A stretch of 63,754 nt of DNA, counting the filler, from Atractiella rhizophila (taxonomy: Eukaryota), in assembly GCA_021432655.1 (NCBI GenBank). It is 4 parts of 3 records of this genome, joined end to end, with 100 filler letters (N's around TTAATTAATTAA, not from the genome) between each part and the next. Parts side by side here need not be neighbours in the genome. Positions count along the whole stretch, not along the records: positions 28,766 to 59,643 come from MU271221.1; 3 more parts are not named here. One strand, given 5' to 3'. Position numbers and translations under genes: made by a program. Below, in pieces: positions 36,895 to 49,379 of the stretch. The notes beneath the pieces were generated by a model. The model was given only the letters and a program-made list of their open reading frames with translations, had not been told where the DNA came from and searched no databases. How positions within the stretch are numbered: position 1 is the stretch's first letter; each line of letters starts with the position of its first letter.

Positions 36895-37257
36895 GCGGTC
36901 AGTCCCCGGTCGACGGAAGCCCTTGTTATAAACACTCTGGGGTCCATAACTTTCTGCTATGTAAACAATGAATCCATTGAAATCGAACTTTGATCTTGAA
37001 GTTTATGGAACATGATGGGTCTTGAAGTGTTCTTTCAAGATCACTGTTGGAAGATTTATAACGCTCGGGCTATAAAATAATACTTACCCGAACTTCCTCT
37101 CCTATCGCATCAATGAAATCTGCACATATTCTCCTCTGCTGCTAGCTCACGGTAGATACGTTGTGGAAGCAGTGTGTTCACATGCAACAGTAGTAATAAT
37201 GGGTATAAACGAGAATCCACAATGTAAAGCCGGAAGGTATAAACATCGATTCATCAG

Positions 37258-39151
37258 TCAATCACGACCTTTTCCATCTTCTCCTCTCCCCAGGAGCTAC
37301 CACTGGCGCCCCTCCCAACCCACACTCCATCCTCGAGACTGCGATCATCCGAGGTCTCACTTCCCATCCCATCTAATTCACACGCAAAGCACGAAACAGC
37401 AATCAGTAATTGTCTTCAGGCGACGACAGATGGGACGAGAGGAAACGTACGGTCCCAGAACTCTTTGTTTGAGAGCACGATACAAGCTATCGCTGAACCC
37501 AGAGTCGCGAGGGTGACGAGGAGGGAACATCCGTCAAGAAAACTTATTGTTTGGTATTCATCAATCAATTTGCGACGATCGACTAAGAGAGGTACGCACA
37601 GGAGAAAGCCCCATGTGTCTTGGGGGAACATCTGTACTGACGTCAGGATGGCAAGAGTCACACTATCCAGTTCAGTTAGGACGGGAGTTCAGGAATACGA
37701 GAAGAAGACAGCGATGGGGGATAGCCAGGGAAGACTTACATATAAAGCACACCAAAAAACAAAAAAACCGCCATGCCCGCCTTCCTGGACACTTTCCATC
37801 CTCCGGACTTCTGTTCGAGATTAAACCATTTCCATTCTGCTTTCTCACCCTCTCCCAAGGTCCACCCTTTCACACGTTTCTTGCTCCTCATCCATTCTCT
37901 GACGCTTTCAACTCCTGTCCATCTCATCACCTTCCTTCCATTCTCGCTCAACTTATTCTTCGGTCCTCCCACCACCCAAAACCCAAGTGCCAGCCAAGGC
38001 ATAAAGAAGGCGGCGGCGACCGTGAGTACAATTGGCCAAATCGTTCTGACAGATTTATCAGTAGCGAAGAGTTCGTTGTCTGCTCGGGGGATGAGACTGT
38101 TTTGACCGAAGAGGAAGGAAAGGTAGATGCCGAGGGTGGTAAGGACGAAGAACATGGAGAGTTGGAGGTTGACTTTGAGTGATAAGACGGCTTTGTTGAG
38201 CGCGCTCTGGCGACGGTCGCCCCCGATTTTGTGCCAGGTGTTCCAGTCCAGGACGGGGTAGAGTTTCCAGGCGACGAGGCAGAAGAGGATGGTGAAGAGG
38301 GCTTGGGTAACGGAGATGGCTTGGGAGAGAGCGTATAGTTCGCGGAGGTATGATCTGTGTTAGTCATTGATCAATCAATGAGGTAGATGGTGGATGGACA
38401 CCAAGGACGCACGGCTTAAACCACATCTGCTCACAAGCTATGGTTAAGACTTCGTGGTGGAATTCACGGTGAAAGTAGGCCATTTGTGCAGCTTGGAAGA
38501 GGGAGTAAGCGAGGCTGAGGGTGTGAAGGATGAGGACAGAAATGAGGTGGGGAACAGAGGCATAGAGGACCTATTCCACCATGAACAACTCAGCAAAACG
38601 AAGCGCAAACGGGGAGATGAGGAAAGGAACAAAGGGATCAAACGGACAGTAACTAAGCAAGTGCCAGTGATCCATAACTGGTAGAAGAGGAAAGTGAAAA
38701 TCTGTCTCTGCAACCTCCTCATCGTCCGCAAAGGCTCGACGAGGGCAATTGAGCATTGGCGAGTAACGACGAGGGGTTCATCGTTACCATCGAATTGGAA
38801 GACAGCGTAAGTATCATTGAGGTTCCCTCCAAACAGCTGCTGGCGTATCGCATCCTCTGCCTCCCTGTCCCTCTTCGCTAATCCTGCTAGAGAGGAATTG
38901 AGCAATCGGAGCCCGCTGTCCTTGCCTTCGCTCGTAATCTGCACGACGTTAGGATTCGTTCCCAGTGGCGCCTCCTCGATTATTCGGAGAACGGGAATGG
39001 CATTCGTGGAGAGCGCAAAGGCGGCGGATTGGAGGGAGAGCTGGATGATGAAGTGGAGGAGGGAGAGGATGATGAAGGCTCGCAACGGCGAGGGGAGACG
39101 GCGTTTCGCAGCTTCGACGAAGGAGGAGGACGACGAAAAGAAGGACTTCAT
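37258..39151 (-). CDS. Multi-pass membrane protein of unknown function (multi-exon; 3' end approximate)
   Basis: Consecutive minus-strand exons with hydrophobic helices (AFIILSLLHFIIQLSL, IFTFLFYQLWI, IWPIVLTVAAAFFMPWLALGFW, LATLGSAIACIVL) separated by GT-AG introns. Confidence 0.7.
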
Positions 39152-40479
39152 GATGTTGTGAATGCGCGCCGCGTTGAACAGAGGAAAGCTAAGGCCAGCC
39201 TAGCCCGACAAAGGAAAGAGAGCCAGCTATGGTATGTAACCCAGCACCCAAGAATTCGTTCGTTTCCAAAGGAAGGAAGATACACCCCAAGCGACAATAC
39301 GGCTAGATTCTGACGTTGAAAAAGAGGAGAGGCTTATCAACTCAGACCCATGCTTTTTTGTGCGACCTGAAAAGACCGATGTGAAAATGAAACTGCGTGA
39401 TCGAAAGAGGAGGGAGGCAATGCAGTTTCCACGCGATCAACGGCACTCAACTTGACTGCACAGGAGCAGCAGTGACTGTTCTCGAGTCCTGTGAAGAGGC
39501 TCAATTCGGGCGTTGGATATGGGAGTGGAGGGAAGTACCGTCGCAGGTACAGTGAGTGACAAAGAGGACAAAATAGGGTCTCGAACGGTCGAAGTTAACC
39601 AAGATCATGCAAAGCTTTTGGTTTTTCTCATGTGTTTGGAGGATGAAGTAGGGTGAGAAAAAGATATCAGTGGGGAGAGAAGCTGGGAGGTGTGTCATTG
39701 CATCCATAATGTGACTATGGTCAGTGCTTCCGTTGAGTAACGTCAAAGTAATGAAGGGATGTCGTATGGCGGAAAGAATCGTCGTGAGTTGTGAGGTCTG
39801 CTCGGGCCGACTCGCTCATTCATGCATCATAAGTGAAACAGATTGGTTGAACAACATGGATACATGCCCACCTGTTACATTCTTCCTTGCGGGATAAACC
39901 TGCAGTTTCTGGTTCAGATGCTTGATCGAAAGGGATAAAACTGTTGCTTGAAACTTGTTTAGAGTGATTATTGTATTGCATGGGGAGTAGAACCCACCCC
40001 ATCGTTGTACTTCTCTTTTAACCTGCGGGTCCTGGTGAATCAGTCGGTATAACTGGACTGGATGATGCCCTCACCGGCAGAGCTCAACCTTCCTCAGGGA
40101 GATAGTTCTCCTCTACGTAAGTCCACTTCTGACTTGTTCAACAGTTCGCTGAGCCGCGGAGCATTATGGGTTGGCCGTCAACCTTTCGAGATTTCCAGAC
40201 CAGAAAAGTATCTCAAGCCGTTAATTATCGGTGAGCAAGTGTTCGTTGCCTTTTACTTTGCCGAGACAGGTAACTCTTCTACCTGCAGACATGAGCGCGT
40301 TGGATGTGAGAGATAAGCATAAGACTCAATAGCTCATATGCCTGCCTGACTGTCCTCTTTGCTTTGCGATTTCACCTCCACCGGTATTCTGTATTACCTT
40401 GGATTCATACGTACAGACTAATTGGAGTGATTTTCAGTCTGTCCATTCCCTCATTTCCTGCTCCTGTCGAAAGAGGACT

Positions 40480-41522
40480 TTCCTCACAGTTTTGCCTTCG
40501 TCGTCCCACCTGCCATTTTCGCAACAATGGGGGAACTGCGTGTCAGCAAGTTAACCGTGACCGAGTCCTGTTACCTGTATTGGGCTACTTTGGCAGAAAT
40601 TTGGACTTGTGAGATTGCTGGAGTTGCTGTTTTGTGAGAGTCAGCTCACCAGGGAGTTGCTCTGCTTCACGTTTTGGCCAACACCTCCCTTCTCGGGAGT
40701 TCGTCGCTGGCTCTTCCCTCGCGGGTACTTACTTCGGGAGCATGGCTTCAACCGCAAGCCGCAAACGAGACATGTCTACTTCTTGCTCCGAGTGCAAAAT
40801 GAAGCGCTGAAGGAAGCTGTGCGAACTGCTTCCCAGCTCCAATCGACTCCTCAGAGGGGTTCCTAATGCCGAGAACAAAGCATCGAGAGGCGCTGTGGAG
40901 AAGTGGGGACACCTTACCGTGGCCGATTGCTCCTCCTCGTTTCTCCACAGAGAGAATAGGACCATGTCGTGCGCACATCGGACGACGGTGCGGTTATCGG
41001 GATCAACGTCCTTCTTTGTATTTTTTCGCTTGACTTCGCCTTCCTCTTTCATTGCATTGCATCGGATACGAGTGAATTATGTTGTTCTTACCACCGGAGC
41101 CAGAACAATTATTCTCGGCAAGCTCGTCAATGCTGTAGTTGTTGATATCTGCCGAGCAAGATAAAAGAGGGCTTCGCGTTGGGTACTTCCCCAGGCCATC
41201 GTCTTTTGTACTCGCGCAAAACATATCACAGTCGTTGACTTTATCTCCAATCGTCTCTCATAAAATAAAACAAAACCCAAACCAGAATGCGGTCTATCTT
41301 CCAAGTACTCTTTGGTTCTTTCAGTTACAAATTTCAAACGGACGACAAAGGTCTGTTTGTTTGAATCATCCAATTCTTCACAGGCTCATAAATCAGTGGT
41401 TCAAGCTATCCGCTATCCCATCATTGATGAGGAAGAGTACACGTACTCTATCGAACCGATGAGAGGTCACGGATTTGGAAGCGCAACGCCATACCGCAGC
41501 ATGCTCCTTTGAGTCCTGACAT
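40480..41522 (-). CDS. Possible multi-exon hypothetical gene or remnant
   Basis: Several minus-strand gtaag/gtgag donors and ctgac..cag acceptors around short ORFs; no recognisable domain; boundaries are guesses. Confidence 0.25.
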
Positions 41523-42036
41523 CGTTTCCGTTCGTTTCTCTTGCCTCTTTCTCGGTCTTGTCTCATTCCATTTGTGAACCAGATTATCCTGGACCTAAAA
41601 TAAAATATGCCGCTTTATAGCTCAGCCACCTAATCCTCCTGCCTCTATTCGAGTCCGTCCGCTGGTGCGGCTGCTGTTGCATTCCAAACGCGTCTTCGCA
41701 TTTGAAGTCAGATGTAGAGTTGAAGTTTGTGGTCTGGCTGTCGAATATCAATTAGTCGGTGTTTTGCTTGCTTGTAATACCTCCTGCTCTGTAATCCAAC
41801 CCAACCCACTCGTGTCGACGTACATCCTATGCGATTAGGAACATGTCTTTCATGTCCATCATATTCTATATGTCATGGTTGTTCTCGACCCGTTCCTTCA
41901 ACCAACGCGGCAGAAGTGACTTCCCTGGTTATGTCCGCGCTTTGTAGAGGATGGTAAGTTCACTTGGTTTAGACCATATAAACACGTCGCTCTCTCGTTA
42001 GGCGTCGCCTCAACGGAGCAAACTCGATAGTGGAAG

Positions 42037-43072
42037 ATGCCCTCGAATCTGGTTGATCAAAATATCACACTCTACACTAATGTTCTCTGTCCTTCGTGCG
42101 CTTGATATCGCCCATTGGAGCTGCAAGTTAAAATTGACAGCAGGGCTCATCGAGCGAGACTCGCGCTGGGAGAGGTTGGCGCAAAGTGGGAAGCTGTTGA
42201 GATCGATTTATTCAACAAACCTTCTTGGTACAAAGAGAAGATTAACCCCAATGGCCTGGTGCGTCCTTTATGTCTTTTTTTGAAGTATGAGGTGCGCTGA
42301 AGCAAATTCAGGTACCCGTGATTCAATTCGGAGAGAGAGATGAAGCCAGAAAGGTTCCGGAAAGTGGAGTGATTGTGTGTCTCTTCTTCCTGCACCTCCT
42401 GACCTTGAAGCTCTCAATTTGTGCACACTTGACGGATGAATGCATATAGGTCGAACTTATTGATTCCTTATTCAAAGAATCTCGCCCCCTTCTCCCGTCA
42501 GATCCCCTGGAGAGAGCACAGATGCGATACTATGCTCAGAGGTAATTCTTCCATCTTTTCCCGTAATCCCAACAAACGGTGATTTCTAGATTCGACGACG
42601 TTCTGAAGCTCCCCATGCTTGGGTTCGGGAAAGATTCCTCGGTAGATAACTTCCTTCAAGGTATAGAGGAGCTTCAGGGCTATATCGCCGAAAGACCTGG
42701 GAAGTTTTTCTCCGGAGACGAGCTTGGATACTGGCACGTCCTCTTTCTCATATTTCGCTCGCGAGTTGACATTTTTCCGGTCCAAAGTGATATCATGGTT
42801 GCACCGTTCATAGCGCGCGGTTTTTACTTTGGCGAGTTCGGTGTTCAACCAATGCATGACGTTTTCAAGCGGATCGAATCGGAGGAGAAGTATAAGGTCT
42901 TCCAGGAGTATCTGAAGAACCTGGTAGAACATCCAGGGTTCAAGAAGAGTTGGAGTCAGGTATTTGTCTCCCACTCTGATGACAAAAACCAGTTTCATTG
43001 ATTTTCGACGGGAATCAGGAAGCGAACGTTGAGAATGCTAAAGAGCGGTTTGGATTCAGTGCTAAGCGATAG
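42037..43072 (+). CDS. Glutathione S-transferase, Cys-type (omega-like)
   Basis: TLYTNVLCP-SAHRARLAL, EIDLFNKPSWYKEKINPNGL-VP (cis-Pro), ES motif, LLPSDPLERAQMR, DIMVAPF. Confidence 0.9.
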
Positions 43073-43246
43073 TTCGGATTCGCAAGAGATGTATTTTGGC
43101 TGCAGTTAAACTTCCCTCCTGGCCGATGCGGAAAGATCGTTGATGCTCCTACTCACTTCGTGCAGGTTACGATACAAAGGAGCAGGCATAAGACACAGAG
43201 ATCACCAATGGCATAGAGAGCTCTACACCGTCTGTTGGCAAACAAT

Positions 43247-44991
43247 CTAATTGCCGGCTTCCTCCTCTGTAACTAAGCTGCCTTTCCAGATAAGAGGCGG
43301 ATCCAAGATCTGCAGAAACCTCTCCTCTTTCATTAAGACTACCTTCCGGTTCTCATACAGTGCTGAGATGACCTCTCGCTCCATCCAGTTCCGCAGATAT
43401 CGACCTTGCTTGTCCGGTCGTGCATCGGCGAGGAGAGGTTGGGGTACGAGGGAGTAGAGGATTTCAAGAGCGGAGAGGGAACCAGAGTAGTAGCTGTTGA
43501 AAATAAACAAGAGGATGGGTTAGTCTCGAGGTGTGGGAAAGAGAGGAGAGAAATGCAAAATGGCGGACACACGTGGAGAGACCTGTGTCGATTAGGATTA
43601 TAGTGCTGTTACAGCGCGTCTTTATGCCCTCCAAGCTATTCCATCCCTGTTAGTCGGCCCAGCTTTAGAGAATGATGAGACCAACAATGGTGTATGACCC
43701 ATCACCAGCCTCCTCACACCTAGCAACTCCCTCGTCCTCCTTCCCCACTCACAGACCAACCGCTCATCATTCTCCGTCGCAAACCCCCTCCACCACACTG
43801 GTCCCTCACTGGTCCCTCACTACTATAAAACTCCCTCTCCTCGGTAGTTGCATCGCCCGGCAGGGCACTGTTGGTGCTCGTCCAAGGTACAGGTCTCACC
43901 GCCTTCTCCAATAACGAGTGTCCGATTTCGTTCAACGATTTGAGGTGCGGAGCAGGAAGAGTGGTGAGATAAGCAGGAGATAGGCCACCGTGGACGAAGG
44001 AGGCGGCAGCGGTGGAAAACAGGGAGAGATTAGGGTGTGAGTAGGGTGGGAAATCTGGGAGCGGGGTGTAAGGATCGGGAGGTGGGAAGGCGTCTAAGGT
44101 TTGAGGTGGAGGAGAAATTGAAGGAAATGTCAGTGCGTAGGGTAGACGAGCTGTAGTGCTGTAGTTTTTAAGCCAGGATTGTCCGATCCATCCTTCTATA
44201 TTCAATTTATCAGAGTGTGGCGCAACACATGGGAGGAAGAAGGGAGCAACGAACCAGAGGTCATGGCTTGGCGTCTTGCACGAGCTGACCCAAACGTCGC
44301 TACATCCTCTGGGGTAACGTAGCGCCAATCTCCGAGAGCATTCATGTATTCATCTTCAAGCAGAAGTACAAGCATCGTAAGCATTATGAGACCAAAGGAA
44401 GACAGAAGACAAACGGTTTCCTAGCAAGGACACGACCTGGCCTTTTGCCTTCGCCGCTCCCTCCCGCAAGCTCTCCATAAGCTTATAGATTGCAATGGTA
44501 TCTCTACCTCGATCCACAATGTCTCCCGTCTCTGTAAGCCAATAACCAATGCATCAGCAACAAGACAGATGACACGAAGTATTAGATGTTTAGAGGCCGC
44601 TTGCGGACCGGCGACTCATATCGAAAGGGAAAATACCCACGAACTAAGATTGTCTTCTTCCCACTCCACTTCAGCCGATGGTCAGCGACGCTCGCCAGTC
44701 GCAGAATCCTCGTCAGATGAGGAAGATCTCCATGGATATCTGCGAAACCACAATGTCAATTATGATGTAATCAAGCTGTCTAACAGGTAGAATAAGTGAC
44801 AATGGACGGAGATACAGACCCCCAATGGCCACAATTCTCTTTCTAAATGTCCTTGGGGTGTATCCCTCCACACTATATCTGTAGCGTGTCAATGGCCCAA
44901 AGTGGGAGGTGTCGTATGAAAAAAGAAGGTAGAGGAATATCAAGGCGAGTGTCCCTAGCGTGAGCGAGCGCCGTGTAAGGCGAGGGGCCAT
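43247..44991 (-). CDS. Membrane-anchored calcineurin-like metallophosphoesterase (Shewanella-like phosphatase type)
   Basis: N-terminal TM (LTLGTLALIFLYLLF); RIVAIG-DLHG, TGDIVDRG, LLGN, FVHGG, GHT motifs. Confidence 0.85.
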
Positions 44992-45450
44992 GGTGAACTA
45001 TAGGAAGTTTGTCCTTTCGTTGGTATGTTTAACCAAACCTAAGCCTAGTCCAAGATTAAGTTTTGCTGCGAATAGACAAGGACAGGTTCCTACTTGTGTC
45101 TGAATTTTTCAGTGCTATTTGGGGTAGCGATAACGCTACTGTAGAATATTATTTGTATCACATGCCCCCATCTGGAGGTTTCTGGTTGAAATTGGGTCAC
45201 GACCACCCAAAGCCAACGGCCAGCTTGCCGGAAAACTTCCTGGAGTCCGTCCCTCCACAACACTAGGTCGCAGATGCTGATATTTTTTACCACACGGAGG
45301 ATATAAAGGCTACCGTGCGATTCAAACTGTAACCAATCCGATTCTCAACATTCACCATCTCGAACAATAATCCCCCACTGGTTTTCGTTGGTCTCTCTGC
45401 CAACTGACTGTCATTACTCGCTAATATTCCATTCGCGAGCAGAGTCGACC

Positions 45451-47040
45451 ATGTCCTCGAATTCTGGCGCCATTGCAGCAGAGAGCCCTTTTTTTTTCGA
45501 AGCGAAGATCCCACCCGAAATTCTTCACCAGATACTGTCTCACAACCTCCCACCAATTGACAACCAGAGTCACTTCGCTTCTCTCGCTCGAGTCAACAAG
45601 AGGTGGTCAGCACAGGTCTCCAAACTGCTGCTCTCAGCAATCTCCATCCCTGAACGCCTGGATCTGCAAAATGGCGAGAACCTTCTACAGTTGTTGGGCT
45701 CGTATCCCGAGAAAAGATCTCTAGTCAAATGCATTGAGGCGGATGGTTCAGATTTGGCTTGCAAACTGCTCATGATGCTTTCAAATATTCAGACTCTTAC
45801 TTTGGATACCAAAGTAGAAGGAACACTCACATATGCCATCCCGCCTCTTCCAAATCTCAGGACTCTTGGAGTCAAGCTTTTTGAAGCCCAACCAGACAAT
45901 TTCTTCCCTACCCTTCAAGATTGTCATGAGCTTCGAAATCTCACTCTAGGATCACTGTCGAATTGGACGAGAACACTCTCAGAGGTAAAGTTGGAGAAAT
46001 TAGAGTCCCTCAATCTGCAGTTGTGGAGTTACCACAAGGCGATATTCGACGCATTCGTGCCTTCTGCCTCCACCCTTCGAAAGGTCACTATACTACGAGT
46101 TCGAAAGCAAAATTTCGATCTCATCGACAACTTTCTTATGAAGTGCTACAATCTTGAGGTCTTCAACCTGCAAGCCGATTTTCAGCGAAGGAATATCTCC
46201 CTCTGCCTTCCTCCTCGTCTCAAGGCACTGGATGTCGCGAGTGTGCTTTTCGAGGAGGACCAGGGAGTTCTAGAACTTGGGCTAGACGCCGGGTACTTTT
46301 TCTCCAATTTGGCGAACAATTCGCATCTACAAGAGCTTCAGATTTCTGGGATAGCAATAAAAGATTCAAAGCTCTATGGTAGACTTCCAAACCTGGAAAC
46401 CTGCATTATTCACGAGAGGATCTTTCGTGATGACGAACTCCTATTGTTCAGTCTTCCAGCTGAGCTCCAAAACCTATCTATGGGTGCTCGTTTTGCAGAA
46501 GAGGTGGTTGAAAAAAGCCATTTGGCCTGCCTTGAACCTTGCTTCTTTCAAGAAAACTTCAAATTCCTCATGGTTCCTAGCAGCTTGATTGATGATCTCA
46601 GCATAATAAATGACCTTGTGAAAAACTTGACAAACAGACGGCCACCTATTTCACTCGGCGTCGAATTTGGAGGTAGACCCGTCCGGAATTGTTCCGAGTT
46701 ACTCAGTGCACTGATGCAGTTCCCGATCCTTCATCTATCAGGCATAGGGCGGAAAACATTAGAAAAAGAAACACTTTACGCGTTGGAAAAGATTATTGGC
46801 CATCAAAGCAAGAATGTCATCCTTTTCTCAAGTGATCTGTTGCTCTTTAATTATGTGCAAAGTGGATTGGAATGCCCTTTCGAGGTCCTCAAGGCAATGC
46901 TCATTCCAGTGGACTTTGGGACAAAGGTTGCTCAGAACCAAGCACAGTTTTGTCAACGGAAAGGGGTCGATTTCCTTCGTGCCCCCTTTAGCCAATCGGT
47001 CGTGAATCTGCTTTGTCGAAGGTTGGGAATTTGGGATTGA
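45451..47040 (+). CDS. Intronless F-box-like / LRR-like protein
   Basis: KIPPEILHQIL...LARVNKRWS F-box-like start; LRR-like repeats; shares N- and C-terminal motifs with 31882-33519. Confidence 0.72.
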   Translation: MSSNSGAIAAESPFFFEAKIPPEILHQILSHNLPPIDNQSHFASLARVNKRWSAQVSKLLLSAISIPERLDLQNGENLLQLLGSYPEKRSLVKCIEADGSDLACKLLMMLSNIQTLTLDTKVEGTLTYAIPPLPNLRTLGVKLFEAQPDNFFPTLQDCHELRNLTLGSLSNWTRTLSEVKLEKLESLNLQLWSYHKAIFDAFVPSASTLRKVTILRVRKQNFDLIDNFLMKCYNLEVFNLQADFQRRNISLCLPPRLKALDVASVLFEEDQGVLELGLDAGYFFSNLANNSHLQELQISGIAIKDSKLYGRLPNLETCIIHERIFRDDELLLFSLPAELQNLSMGARFAEEVVEKSHLACLEPCFFQENFKFLMVPSSLIDDLSIINDLVKNLTNRRPPISLGVEFGGRPVRNCSELLSALMQFPILHLSGIGRKTLEKETLYALEKIIGHQSKNVILFSSDLLLFNYVQSGLECPFEVLKAMLIPVDFGTKVAQNQAQFCQRKGVDFLRAPFSQSVVNLLCRRLGIWD

Positions 47041-49379
47041 ACAACGGCAAAGAAGTCTCTCAATCACACTTCCTAGTTGGCTCTCTTGATGTCTGATAGT
47101 GCCTCTGTCGTCTGCGAGCAAGTGAAGCTCTGCCACTTTAATGTGATTTTATCATACGAACCATCGCTACAGTTTAGTTCTGTCGAAAGAATCGTTCCAA
47201 AGGACCCCTAACACATTCCCCTCGTATTGGAACACATCCACGAAGAGATGTTTTCGTAAAGAGGAGGTTTCAGCAATCTCTCCATTATCGGCTCATGTGT
47301 GACGGTCTGTCAACTGTTCAAGAACTTCACGGAGTGACTTGAAGAAAAGACAAAGTGGGGGCAAAACGAAATGTCCATATTGTCCTTCCTTTAACATTTC
47401 GCTGTGGCGTACACTTCCCGCAGTGACAATGGATCGCTTAGGTGAATAGCCTTCGTTTTGGTTTTGTCAAAGGATAGCACCTCTTTCAGGAATCAGAAAA
47501 TGGGGGGAACAATGCAATGCCATTTCGTCGTGCAAGAGATGTGAACGACTTCCTGGTAGCCACACCTGTTATGCCAAGTGAACCAATACCAGGGTCTAAA
47601 AGCTAAATGAGGCTGGTAAAACGCTCCTTCTTGTCGCCATATCTCATGACGGAGGCTATGTGCTTACAAAGTGGGGATACATGCCATCTCTGGCTGAGAA
47701 AGTTTCCCACTTCGCACTGGAAATGGGGCTACGTTTCAAAGTCAGTGTATCACTGCAGAAACGACCCTTGCGAGATTCATAGTAAGCTCAGTCCTCAACC
47801 TTGTCAACTACTTCTCTTCTGAAGGCTGGTATGAAGAGGACAGAAATGTTGCACGAACATCATTCACGACGGACCAGTTCCCATCAGAACCGCGAGATGG
47901 CTCACTGATTTCTCCAAAATATCAAAATATCTGCGACACCATTTCCTCACTGCTCTCTCGCAAGGCAGCACACCCATGTAATTCGATGCAATCATTCCTA
48001 CTCGCTTTCTCCAACTATAGCTCCTGGCTACTGGTTCAACGCAGTAAGGTTAAGTTCTGTGTTTGGGTAGGTTGCTTCCGAACCAATGAAAATTAGCTTT
48101 GAATTGGTAATTGAGCTCCTATTATTCAATGTCGCCAGGTTCAATATTCGATGCGCTAATATGAGGCGCTTGGTCGTGAGTCGCCGCTGAGCCAGATGAG
48201 TGGCGATAGGAGGTGGAGGCGTTTGCAGGGATAAGAACTTTGCATGAACCGTCGCTTGTCACATCGTTAGCTGCATGTTTGGCGATCGTGGCTTTCGTAA
48301 CGCCAGTTCCAACGGCTTGCTTGCTTTTGAGAATATTTTCTGCCTGCTAGCTTGTCCAAGACAAGATAGGAGGTCCATTTCGTCCTTCTTTACAGTAATC
48401 GGACTGTTCGTCAATGTTACATCTCTAGGTGTTGCCACCTTGGGCTCTCGAGGGAACTGAACTCAGTGACTTTTAAATGCCTCTTTTTGCCTCTTCCACC
48501 TTTTCAGCCCGCGGCTCCTGTTTGCTGGACTTGTATCTGAAGGCGGCGCAGGGTGGCGTTCTTGGGGGAGATCCCAAAAGCTCTATGAACCTGAGCCTCA
48601 GATGGAGTTTCGAGGGTGTTTACATAACTCTCCTGCCGTTGGCTGGCAGAGAGCAGTCAATCCACCTCATTGGAGGACAAGAAGGAGACGTTTAGCGTGC
48701 ACGCAAGTTGCACGTTAGATAGCGCGTCGAATCGCTGTGAGGCGTGGGAAATTCTCATAAAGGTGCGCGTCTCAACGATCTCAACCACGCGTGCTCATCT
48801 TCCCGTCTTGGACTGTCTCACTCACATTGTCCCGCCTGGAGTCACTCATTTTTTCTCATGACGAGACTGCGTGACATCTTTTGAGCACGAGATATAAAAC
48901 GAGCCTGATCACTTCGTCCTCCTTCCCACTTTCGCCTTTCGAGGAACTTGTGGAGCTCTCGCAGCACTTATTCTTGACTATCTAGTAGGAATTAGGAAGG
49001 AAGGAAGAGTCAGGAGTTGGAATTGCCGTTTTTCTCGCTTTACTATATCACAACGCCTTTTTTAGGTTGGAATTCGGAAAGGATTTCGAGTTTTGGCTTG
49101 AGTTCACTTGTCGTCGGTTGACGCGAAGAAGGTTCGAAAAAGATTTATTGTTCATCGCTCGACCAGTCACCATCACCAACTCCCTCAACCTTGGTTTCGT
49201 CACATCACTTTGCTATAAAGCCTTAGTAACCTCTTCTTCCAATCACCATCCTCCCCTTCCCTTTTTCTTTTCTTTTTTCGCCTCTCTCCCGTCCGCGATC
49301 CCTCTTAGCAAGGAAGGAAGAGTTAGCCGTGAGTATTTTTTTATTCGTTTAATGTGTTACTGACTTTGTCATATAGGAG

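Noticed and set aside
30537..43072. Glutathione gene cluster (ChaC plus GST)
   Set aside because: More than 10 kb apart with unrelated genes between them; no evidence of co-regulation
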